Below the pieces are notes generated by a model. The model did not search any database. It had not been told where the DNA came from and saw only the letters and a program-made list of their open reading frames with translations. Source: Octopus vulgaris (lineage: Eukaryota). Taken from it: a stretch of 64,000 nt of DNA. The stretch spans positions 57,598,001 through 57,662,000 of the forward strand of contig OX597831.1 in the NCBI GenBank assembly GCA_951406725.2. Reading direction: 5' to 3'. Every line of letters starts with the position of its first letter. Positions within the stretch are counted from its first letter, which is position 1. The position numbers and the translations under genes are program-made. Shown here one piece after another: positions 38,638 to 48,999 of the stretch.

Positions 38638-39128
38638 GGAATTTTGAAAAAGTAGCCGTAAAACTAGTTTTTAAACATTGAATAGCTGTGGGGGCCCATC
38701 AGAATAGAATAGTAATCAAAGGGGTCCATAGATTAAAAAAATGGTTGAGAACCTCTGATCTTGTGTATCATCCCAACTTCAGATCTACAATGTTTGTATT
38801 CAAAATCCGTTACCATATGAAAGATTTTTGTCTTGCAAGTTACTTGGTGACCCTTTCAGTGCAGGTGCCACTTAAAAAGCATCTAGTCCACACTGTAAAG
38901 CAGTTGGTGTTTGGAAGGACATCTAGCTGTAAAAACCTTGCCAAAACTGACCTTGCCTGTGTTTGTACCACATAAAAAGTAGGAAGTCCACTCTGCTGAG
39001 TGGTTAGGCAGGGCATCCAGCTGTAAAAATCCTGCCAAAACAGTCACAGAAATCTAGTGCAGACTTCTGCCTGGCCAGCTCCTGCCAGCATGGAAAGCAG
39101 ACATTAAACTATGATGATGATGATGATG
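38638..39128 (+). repeat. Composite repeat (hAT end, linker, RTE tail), copy 2
   Basis: Collinear with 13099-13575. Confidence 0.75.
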
Positions 39129-39691
39129 TGTTACCTGTCCTTGGAAGGTAGTAGAATTTCAAGCATGTAATATTGAGTGTTTCACCAAGAAATACTATGA
39201 AGCAATATTTACAGCTTTTATGAAATGTTATAGTGGATTATGAAGGAGTAGTGTAATACTTTGTAATGCTTACTCTGTTAACCATTTTTCTCTTTTGGAA
39301 TTGACTGATAGCAAGATTTATTTCTTCAACAAGTAAACACCCATGCAAAATCTGCAGTGATAAATGTTCAGTTTTATAGTTAATTACTTGCTGAAAACTG
39401 TATATAAAGGGATTAAACCAAATGAAATACATACATATTCCTCTTAATCTTTTAATAAATAGTGAAATATACGTACAATTGTATAAACGTATACAGTTTA
39501 CATTTCAACTCAAAATGATATATCTAACATTGTCTAGCCCAGTTAAGAGTACTCCTGATGCGTTGGGCGATATGATATGCTTGAGAAGACCTGTTGAGTC
39601 AAGTAAAACCAATATTGTAGCTGTGGCCAGTGCCCTCTGACTGGCTCCCATGCTGGTAGCACATAAAAAGCATCATCTTAATGTGGCTAAT

Positions 39692-39925
39692 AAGGCAGCT
39701 AGCTGGCAGAAACGTTAGCACGCCGGGTGAAATGCGTAGCCGTATTTCGTCTGCCGTTACATTCTGAGTTCAAATTCCGCTAAGGTCGACTTTGCCTTTT
39801 ATCCTTTCGGGGTCGATAAAATAAGTACCAGTTATGCACTGGGGTCGATATAATCAACTTAATCCGTTTGTCTGTCCTTGTTTGTCCTCTCTGTGTTTAG
39901 CCCCCTGTGGGTAGTAAAGAAATAG
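39692..39925 (+). mobile_element. SINE family B
   Basis: Full-length match. Confidence 0.8.
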
Positions 39926-39926
39926 A

Positions 39927-39927
39927 A

Positions 39928-39961
<34 letters not shown>

Positions 39962-40107
39962 GTTTATATGTATATATATATGTATATATATATATGTATA
40001 TATATATGTATATATATATATGTATATATATATGTATATATGTATATGTATATATATGTATATATGTATATGTATATGTATATATATATAATATGTATAT
40101 ATATATG

Positions 40108-40150
<43 letters not shown>

Positions 40151-40162
40151 GTATGTATATAT
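39927..40162. repeat. Compound (TA)/(TATG) microsatellite
   Basis: Seen directly. Confidence 0.95.
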
Positions 40163-42200
40163 GGGCATGTTCACAAAAGAATAGAATCGTAAGTACCTGT
40201 GTGTGTGTGTACACATGTGCAGTAGGCTTTTACATAGTTTCCCCTCTTCCAAATACTACTCACAAGACACGAATCAATCTGAAGTTACAGTAGGAAACAA
40301 TGAGTCATGATCCTGCACAGTGGGATCAAACCCGGAACCACAATGATTGCTGAATGAAATTCCTTACCAACTGTTCATACCTGTGCCCACTGTACCTCTA
40401 TTTTCCCCACACACAACGACGTGTAAAGCACACTGCTGTGAAGGTTAAAATTCTGAAAAGGCATATTAGTCAGCTAGCTACAGTACAACATCTATTCTAG
40501 TGTTCAGCTGTTTCAGTTAACTTCATCATGGTGGTTGAAATCTGAAATTATACCACCTTATTTTTTATTAATTATCTTATTTGAACAGCAAGCTTTTTTA
40601 AATTTTTTTTTTTTTTTTGAGCTTTCCATTTGAAGATCGCTTTGGGGTAAACTGGTTACATTTATCAGAACATTATTTCCTGATTGACCAGCTGTAAGCA
40701 TTGTATATAAATTGTCTCATTATTATTTTCATTATTTTGGTGTATTCTGCAACTTCTCCATCTTTATAAATCTGGCATTTCTATAAACAGTCTACTGCTT
40801 CACTGTTAAAACATGAGGAATGGTCAATATTTTCTGTTAAGTCAATTGCAGTTTTATCAAACAGAGTAATGTGCCTTGTTTGAGAAGAATATTGCAATTC
40901 CATTGGTTAGGACTGAAAATTGTGACCTCAACTATTATGAACTCATTTTGCTAATTACATGCAATTTGCCATGGGGATATGTTAAGTCTGAATAGAACTG
41001 CAAAACCCTGTTGGTGGCAGTATTTAGTGTGACATGTTTATCAATGCAGAAACAGCTTTGTGTAACATTTTAGTGTTCTGGTTGTCAATATTGAAAACTA
41101 TTATATTAAATGCATAAATATCTGAGATGAGTTGTTGCTAATGAGATTATGAATTTTTTTAGGCAATTTATTTCACTTTTGGTGATGTAAAGTCTTTTTC
41201 AATGTTTATATCAACATTGTTTCGTCATCTGATGTTGATTTGACAGAATTAATAAGATGATCTGTAATAAAGTTGGATCTTTGAAAGGGTCTTGCCTTGA
41301 GGGTTACTTGTTGATCTCATGAGTGCTGGTGCCATGTAAAAAGCAATCAGAGTACCCTGTAAAGTGATTGGCATTGGAAAGGTCATTCAGCTGTAGAAAT
41401 CATACCAGAGGAGAGATTGAAACCTGGTGCAACTCTCTGGATTGTCAGCTCCTGTTAAACTGTCCAACCCATGCCAGTATGGAGAACAAACGTGAAATGG
41501 TGGTGATGGTGATGAGTCATTCTGATGGGTTACCACACTATTTCTAAACCTAAGTCTTAGGTAAAAAAAAAAAAAAAGCAAAAAAAACCCACTTGCCCAA
41601 GATGCCACTCAATACAATTGAACCCCAGAAACTTGTGACTGCTAAGTGAACTTGTCCTGTTCATACACAGTATTTATTTTATAAAAATCAGTTGTCTCAT
41701 ACTTGTCATCAGGTACCTTATTCCTGGATATGTACATAGTACCAGATGAGGAGCCATTATTTTTAAACTGAAAGTATTCAACAGATGACCAGTAACAACA
41801 ATCTGAAATGAAACCAATCTTAATTAACTTCATCTTCAGATATTAAATATTTTATCTACATTGTCAAAAAAATTATAATCTTATTAACTATTGTATTAAC
41901 GAAAATATTGTTTGGTTTTCTTAGATACTTACTATCTTCATTGCAAGGATTATACATAAGTCATCTTAAACTTCATTAGTGAGAGAGAGTATTGAGCATT
42001 GTATGGCAATGATGAGTGTATTTTACAAAACATGTAGGTACAGGTACAGCTGTGTGGTTAAGTTTGCTTTCCAACCACATGGTTTCAGGTTCAGTCTCAC
42101 TTTGTGGCTCCTTGAGCAAGTGTCTTGTACTACTATATTCCTGAGCTAACCAAACTCTTTTGAGTGGATTTGGAAGATGGAAACTGAGAGAACCTCACCG

Positions 42201-42238
<38 letters not shown>

Positions 42239-42349
42239 TTTGACGTCCATCTTCCATGCATGCATATATATACAGAATATTCATGTGTATATGTGACTAT
42301 GTGTATGTTTGTGTTTCCTCGTTTTCACATTATGTGATTGTTGTGAAAA

Positions 42350-42396
<47 letters not shown>

Positions 42397-42401
<5 letters not shown>

Positions 42402-45400
42402 TTTCGTTTAGACTTGTCTCCAGGTTCATAGCCACTCTGATTTTTCAATTTTTCAATTTTTCGTTTAGTATTGTCTCCCGATTCATACTAACCCATTTGC
42501 TAGCTCACGATTAACAGAACCTCTTTACTCAGCTACGGTGCACCCGCCATCCCACCCCCACCACGCATGCCGGAAGTTCCTATTCTCTTCCATTCCGGGG
42601 TTGCTTCCCATGAAGACTGCAAATGCTCTCACCATCCCTACCCCTCCCTACCCCTAGTCTCGACCTATGTAAGGTAATGTTCATACAGTGCAAAATATGA
42701 AAGGCTAGCGTTATGCAGGTTGTACTGAAGGCTACTTTACTACTTCATTTTTTGCACATGAATTCTGCCAAATGCGAGCTTTCTTTTCAGGTACACGAAG
42801 CTACTGTCCACCGTCCCAGGGTCTCTAGAGCCCATGCCTTCCACACCCTCAGGGTTGGCACCCTCAACGTTGGCACTCTGAAAGGTAGGTCTGGTGAGAT
42901 AGTCGAGATGCTTGAACGGAGATGTGTGGATATATGTTGCATGCAAGAAATAAGGTGGAGAGGAGGATCAGCTAGGTTCCTCACAGGCAAGGAACGCAGG
43001 TACAAGATTTTCTGGGCAGGGAATACTGACGGGGTTGGTGGCGTGGGTATACTTATCGCTGAGAAATGGGTAGATAAAGTAATTGAGGTAATCAGAGTAA
43101 GTGACAGAATACTTAAGATTAGATTAGTGCTTCATCATAGTTTAGCAACCATTATATCAGCCTATGCTCCTCAGTCGGGGCTACCCGATGGACAGAAAGA
43201 CCGATTCTATGACACTCTACTGCAGACTACCTCATTGACGAACGACAGAGACCTTATCTTTGTGGCTGGTGACTTCAATGGTCACGTTGGACGACATGCT
43301 GGGGGCTTCCATGGCGTACATGGAGGCTACGGCTATGGCTCCCGCAACGAGGAGGGAACCAGGCTGCTGGAGTTCTGCGATGCAAATAATCTTATGATTT
43401 GCAACACTAACTTCAGGAAACCTACCAGCCACCTAGTCACTTACCAATCGGGCCAACATACCAGCCAAATTGACTACATCCTTACAAGGCAAAGGGAGAG
43501 ATGGCTGCTTATAAATGCCAAAACCTTCCCAGGTGAAGAGTGTACCCCACAACATAGACTGGTAGTTAGTGACTTTAGGATCAGGACTAGGAGGACAACC
43601 AGAAGACGACAAATATGGAGAAGAAGGATCTGGAAGCTTAAAGATCCTGCAAATGGACAGAGATTTAGGGACATATTACTTGAAGCCTCTGACGAAGTAG
43701 AAGGGGATAGAGCATCACAGGGGGTAGAAGACAGCTGGACGTTTCTAAGGGACAACCTGCTGAGAGCCACTGACCAGATCTGTGGCTGGTGCAAAGTCCC
43801 CTCTCGACCTAGAATAACGTGGTGGTGGAACAATATTGTAGACAGGGCTATTAGAGAAAAGAGACAGGCTTGGAAGGTCTGGAAAAATGGGGGTAGCAGG
43901 GAATTGTATCAGACTGCCAAAAGAGAAGCTAGGAGACAGGTTTATTTAGCCAGAGGGGAAGCAGATAAGAAAAAATTTGCCAATGTTCTGCGCCGTGAGG
44001 ACCAAAGACTGGAGGTGTTTCGTGTTGCAAGACAGTGTGTGAGAGAGAATCGTGATGTGGTAGGAGAGAAGTGTGTTCGCATGGAAGATGGTTCACTTGC
44101 GCTAAATGAGGATGCAAAGAGAGAGGTTTGGAGATGCCACTATGAAAGGTTGCTGAATGAAGAAAATGAATGGGATAAAGAGAGTCTGCCGAATGTTGAC
44201 CCAACAGAGGGACCAGCTATCCGAGTTGATAGTTCTGTGGTAGCTAAGGCAATTAGAAGCATGAAGACAGGGAAAGCCCCAGGCCCATCAGGAATCACTG
44301 CAGAGATGCTCAAAATGTCTGGTAGTGTCGGCTATAGCCTAGTCACCCATATAGTTAATCAGGTGATACACAAAGGGGTCATACCCAATGACTGGTGTAG
44401 CAGTATAATAGTCAACTGCTACAAAGGTAAAGGTGATGCCCTAGATACAAACAACTACAGAGGTATCAAGCTGTTGGACCAGGTGATGAAGGTTACGGAG
44501 AGGGTCATAGCCCAACTAATTAGAGAGAGAGTTAGTTTAGATGAGATGCAGTTTGGGTTTGTGCCAGGGAAAAGTACTACTGATGCTATATTCCTGGTAA
44601 GGCAGCTGCAGGAGAAATACCTAGCCAAAGATAAGCCCCTGTACCTGGCTTTTGTTGACATGGAGAAAGCCTTCGACAGGGTCCCCCGATCCCTTATCTG
44701 GTGGGCAATGAGAAAACTAGGGATAGATGAATGGTTAGTGAGAGCTGTGCGGGCCATGTATAGGGACGCCGCTAGTAGGGTGAGGGTTGGAAATGAGTAC
44801 AGTGAAGAATTCCGGGTAGAGGTAGGGGTCCACCAAGGCTCAGTACTCAGCCCCCTCCTATTTATCATAGTCCTCCAGGCAATAACGGAGGAATTCAAGA
44901 CAGGATGCCCTTGGGAGCTCCTCTATGCTGATGACCTTGCTCTAATTGCTGAGTCGCTATCAGAACTGGAGGAGAAGTTTCAGGTGTGGAAACAAGGATT
45001 AGAATCGAAAGGCCTCAGAGTCAATCTAGCTAAAACCAAAGTCGTAATCAGTAGGAAGGTAGACAAATCACAAACACCTTCAGGTAGATGGCCCTGCTCA
45101 ATCTGTAGAAAAGGTGTAGGTAGAAACTCTATAAGATGCACCAAGTGTAAGCTATGGACACATAAGAGATGCAGCAATGTCAAAGGAAGGCTAACTAGGA
45201 AGATGGTTTTTGTATGTGGCAGATGCTCAGGAACAATAAACACTGAAAATGCTCTGAGACCAACTTCTGTCACTTTCCAGGGAGAAAAACTAGAAATAGT
45301 TGATAGTTTCCGTTACCTAGGTGACCAAGTCAGCAGCGGGGGCGGGTGTGCTGAAAGTGTAACTGCTAGAGTAAGAATAGCTTGGGCAAAGTTCAGAGAG

Positions 45401-46495
45401 CTCTTACCTCTGCTGGTGACAAAAGGCCTCTCGCACAGAGTGAAAGGCAGACTGTATGATGCGTGTGTACGAACAGCCATGCTACATGGCAGTGAAACAT
45501 GGGCCGTGACTGCTGAGGATATGCGTAAGCTCGCTAGAAATGAAGCCAGTATGCTCCGATGGATGTGTAATGCCAGTACTCACACTCGGCAGAGTGTAAG
45601 TACCTTGAGAGAAAAGCTGGACCTAAGAAGCATCAGTTGTGGTGTGCAAGAGAGACGTTTGCGCTGGTATGGTCATGTGGCGAGAATGGATGAAGATAGT
45701 TGTGTGAAAAAGTGCCACACCCTAGCGGTTGAGGGAACCTGTGGAAGAGGCAGACCCAGGAAAACCTGGGACGAGGTGGTGAAGCACGACCTTCGAACTT
45801 TAGGTCTCACCGAGGAAATGACTAGAGACCGAGACCTCTGGAAGTGTGCTGTGCGCGAGAAGACCCGGCAGGACAAGTGAGTCCACAACCCGTGGCCTTC
45901 TACATGGGATGGAGCCAGCCTACGTATGCATACCTTCCCTTCTTGGGACACAAAACTCTACTTGTGAAGACGTGTTGAGGCAAGTGAGGATCAGAATCGA
46001 AATCGATCAATGGAAATTGCGGATGTGCTACCAGTGCCGGTGGCATGTCGAAACTCTGCTTGTGAAGACCCATTGAGGCAAGTGAGGATCAGAATCGAAA
46101 TCGATCAATGGAAATCGATCAATGGAAATTGCAGATGTGTTACCAGTGCCGGTGGCATGTAAGAGAACCTTCCGTTTCGCGACCGTTGCCAGCACCGCCC
46201 CGTTTCGTGTTCGTTGCCAGCCTCGCCTGGCCCTCGTGCCGGTGGCACATAAAAAACACCATCCGTTCGTGGCCGTTTGCCAGCTCTGGCTGGCACCAGT
46301 GCGGGTGGCACGTAAAAAGCACCCACTACACTCACGGAGTGGTTGGCGTTAGGAAGGGCATCCAGCCGTAGAAACACTGCCAGATTTGACTGGGCCTGAT
46401 GAAGCCTTCTGGCTTCACAGACCCCAGCAGAACCGTCCAACCCATGCTAGCATGGAAAACGGACGCTAAATGATGATGATGATGATGATGATGAT
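42397..46495 (+). mobile_element. Full-length RTE-clade non-LTR retrotransposon (LINE), apparently intact
   Basis: ~300-bp 5' region, single 1055-aa APE+RT ORF and ~600-bp 3' UTR ending in (TGA/GAT)n. Flanked by TG/TA microsatellite on both sides. The 5' boundary is approximate. Confidence 0.93.
42713..45880 (+). CDS. RTE LINE ORF: APE endonuclease, reverse transcriptase, PHD-like zinc finger
   Basis: APE motifs VGTLNV, CMQEIRW, SAYAPQ, AGDFNGHVG, SQIDYIL, QHRLV. RT motifs KAPGPSGI, NYRGIKLL, QFGF, FVDMEKAFDRV, GVHQGSVLSPLLF, YADD, FRYLG. RTE-type C-terminus RRLRWYGHV and RGRPRKTW. No stops or frameshifts. The true start may be ATG 42623 via splicing. Confidence 0.95.
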   Translation: MQVVLKATLLLHFLHMNSAKCELSFQVHEATVHRPRVSRAHAFHTLRVGTLNVGTLKGRSGEIVEMLERRCVDICCMQEIRWRGGSARFLTGKERRYKIFWAGNTDGVGGVGILIAEKWVDKVIEVIRVSDRILKIRLVLHHSLATIISAYAPQSGLPDGQKDRFYDTLLQTTSLTNDRDLIFVAGDFNGHVGRHAGGFHGVHGGYGYGSRNEEGTRLLEFCDANNLMICNTNFRKPTSHLVTYQSGQHTSQIDYILTRQRERWLLINAKTFPGEECTPQHRLVVSDFRIRTRRTTRRRQIWRRRIWKLKDPANGQRFRDILLEASDEVEGDRASQGVEDSWTFLRDNLLRATDQICGWCKVPSRPRITWWWNNIVDRAIREKRQAWKVWKNGGSRELYQTAKREARRQVYLARGEADKKKFANVLRREDQRLEVFRVARQCVRENRDVVGEKCVRMEDGSLALNEDAKREVWRCHYERLLNEENEWDKESLPNVDPTEGPAIRVDSSVVAKAIRSMKTGKAPGPSGITAEMLKMSGSVGYSLVTHIVNQVIHKGVIPNDWCSSIIVNCYKGKGDALDTNNYRGIKLLDQVMKVTERVIAQLIRERVSLDEMQFGFVPGKSTTDAIFLVRQLQEKYLAKDKPLYLAFVDMEKAFDRVPRSLIWWAMRKLGIDEWLVRAVRAMYRDAASRVRVGNEYSEEFRVEVGVHQGSVLSPLLFIIVLQAITEEFKTGCPWELLYADDLALIAESLSELEEKFQVWKQGLESKGLRVNLAKTKVVISRKVDKSQTPSGRWPCSICRKGVGRNSIRCTKCKLWTHKRCSNVKGRLTRKMVFVCGRCSGTINTENALRPTSVTFQGEKLEIVDSFRYLGDQVSSGGGCAESVTARVRIAWAKFRELLPLLVTKGLSHRVKGRLYDACVRTAMLHGSETWAVTAEDMRKLARNEASMLRWMCNASTHTRQSVSTLREKLDLRSISCGVQERRLRWYGHVARMDEDSCVKKCHTLAVEGTCGRGRPRKTWDEVVKHDLRTLGLTEEMTRDRDLWKCAVREKTRQDK

Positions 46496-46893
46496 ATATA
46501 TATATATGTGTGTGTGTATGTGTATATATATATATATGTGTGTGTGTATGTGTATATATATATATATGTGTGTGTGTATATATATATATATATGTGTGTG
46601 TGTGTATATATATATATGTGTGTGTGTGTGTATATATATATGTGTGTGTATATATATATAAATGTGTGTGTGTGTGTATATATATGTGTGTGTATATATA
46701 TATGTGTGTGTGTGTGTATATATATATGTGTGTGTGTATATATATATGTGTGTGTGTGTATATATATGTGTGTGTGTGTGTATATATATATTTGTGTGTG
46801 TGTGTGTATATATATATATGTGTGTATATATATATGTATGTGTGTGTGTATATGTATGCGAATATATGAGTGTATATACGTATAAATATATAT
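46495..46893. repeat. Compound (TG)/(TA) microsatellite abutting the LINE tail
   Basis: Seen directly. Confidence 0.95.
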
Positions 46894-47674
46894 AGTTCAA
46901 ATTTATAGAAAGACAAAAGACAAAGCCAGGTGTTGGAACAACAAGCAGGTGTATTAGTTTAACACTTGGGAAAAATAGCAAAGTCTTCTACCTTTTGAGC
47001 CAATGCTCTTCGACAGAAAGGAATTAAACGAAATAATTGGAGAGAATTAAAAAAAAAACGGAGAGAGAAAAACTGTGTAGAGTTCAGTGGTTCAACATGG
47101 CGGTGTGTGTGTGTATATGTGTGTATATATCTGAGTATATATATGTGTGTGTGTGTCTGTGACTATATATCCTTGAGTATATATATATATATATGGGGAG
47201 AGTTTATGAAAAAAAACAAAAGACGAAGACAGGTGGTGTACAAAACAAACAGATGTATTAGTATAACACTATATATATTTATATATATATCTAGATGTGT
47301 ATATGTGTGTTACACACAAACACAAACAAACCCAAAGTGTTTATAAATAGTGCAGAAAATGTGCAGAATAAGTAGATATAAATAGTGCAGAAGTATTTGT
47401 CTAGCATACCTTATTTAAATAAGTACTTTTGTTAAACTCAAGAACACACAACCTGACATAGACAGGATGGTCTGACAAACTCTTTGTAAGACCCAATATT
47501 GCAGGTATGTCTTGCTTTCACTATGATAATTGTGCGTTTGATTAGTTAATAACAAACTTTGTTTTTATTAATCATTGTGACTAAATAGAAATTTATAAAC
47601 CAGCTTTTTTTGAGACTAATCGTTTTGATTGAATAAGAAAATTATTGCCTATATATTGCTTATGTAGATGTACA

Positions 47675-48086
47675 GGATCTTATCGGTTTGAACGGCAGTT
47701 TTTAAAAATAATTTCCACGTAACTAAACACTTTTAAACTTCGTATACTGGTAGAATGTGTTTATAAAACATCTTTTTCTCTTGGCTTTATTGAGAAAATT
47801 CTATAGTTTGTATGATAATTGTTGTTTTTTTTCTTCAATTTCTGCAATTTCAACCAATCACTGATGTCCATTGAGGTAAAAAACATTCTGTGCCATATGA
47901 ATATGTCCCTCGTTTAAGAAACAGATTGGGTTTATTTACATTTGTGAAGAAAAAAATATAACCTTCCCCCCACCCCTAACCCTAAAACAGATTGAAATGC
48001 AATAGATAGATACTAGGGTCATAATTATGGGTGACAATTTCATATGACACCGCTAGAAAAAACTGCTGTTCAAACCGAAAAGATCC
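47675..48086. mobile_element. Same GG-terminal MITE in opposite orientation
   Basis: Same TIRs; TSD gatgtaca/gatgtact. A partial third copy lies at 17481-17614. Confidence 0.85.
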
Positions 48087-48440
48087 GATGTACTTGCATT
48101 TGTCACTAAGCCAGCTTTGACGGAGTTTGAAAAGCCGATGGTCAGTTTTATTACAGAATCATTAGAGATACATCTTTCAAAATGAAGAACTACATATAAT
48201 GTATTGTGACATGTTTTGGTGTGGCAGAAGCATTAGAGTATCATGAAATGTCTTGCAGTATTTATTATAGGTCCTTGCATTCTGAGTTCTAATCCTACTA
48301 ACGTCAGCTTTTCCTTTCATTCATCTGGAGTTGAAAAATAAGTATACCAGTTTAGGGCTGTAGACTGATAGAATTGTTAAAGCATCATTCTGCATTTTCA
48401 GTTCAGATCTTGCTGAGGCCTTCTTGGATGGTAGATTTAA

Positions 48441-48999
48441 CCCTTTAGCATTTAGATCATTCTGTCAAATGTCATACTTACTTTATTCACATTGTTTTGA
48501 ATTAATCATTTATTATCTTGTAGCTTCAAGATTTTGATGATCATCATTTACTTTTAGAATGAGATTGTTGGGTTGATGTGAGAGGCCAGATGTGATTGGT
48601 TTAAACATAAAACAGGTAGAAAGAATATTTGGGTTGGATATGGTCAGTTTAAGGCACATGACTCAGTAGTTAAGAGCATTGGGTTCACAATCATGAGATA
48701 GTGTGTTCATTTCCTGGACTGGGGTGTATGTTGTGTTCTTGAGCCAGACACTTTATTTCATGTTGCTCCAAGTTCACTCAGCTGTAGAAATGAGTTGCTA
48801 TGTCACTGGTGCCAAACTGCATCAGTCTTTGCCTTTCTCTTGGATAACATTGGTGGTGTGAAGAAGGGAGGCTGGTATGCATGAATTACTGCTGCTTTTC
48901 CATAAACAACCTTGCCCAGACTTGTGCCTCGGAGGGGAACTTTCTAGGTTCAATCCCATGGTTATTCATGACTGAAGGGGTTTTATAAATGCTAAAGAG
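48441..48999. mobile_element. piggyBac-like MITE carrying a SINE insertion
   Basis: TTAA-ccctttagcatt ... aatgctaaagag-TTAA, with a SINE at 48652-48985. Confidence 0.7.

Noticed and set aside
43232-45951. Several antisense ORFs within the LINE
   Set aside because: Shadow ORFs of the sense reading frame with no recognisable motifs.
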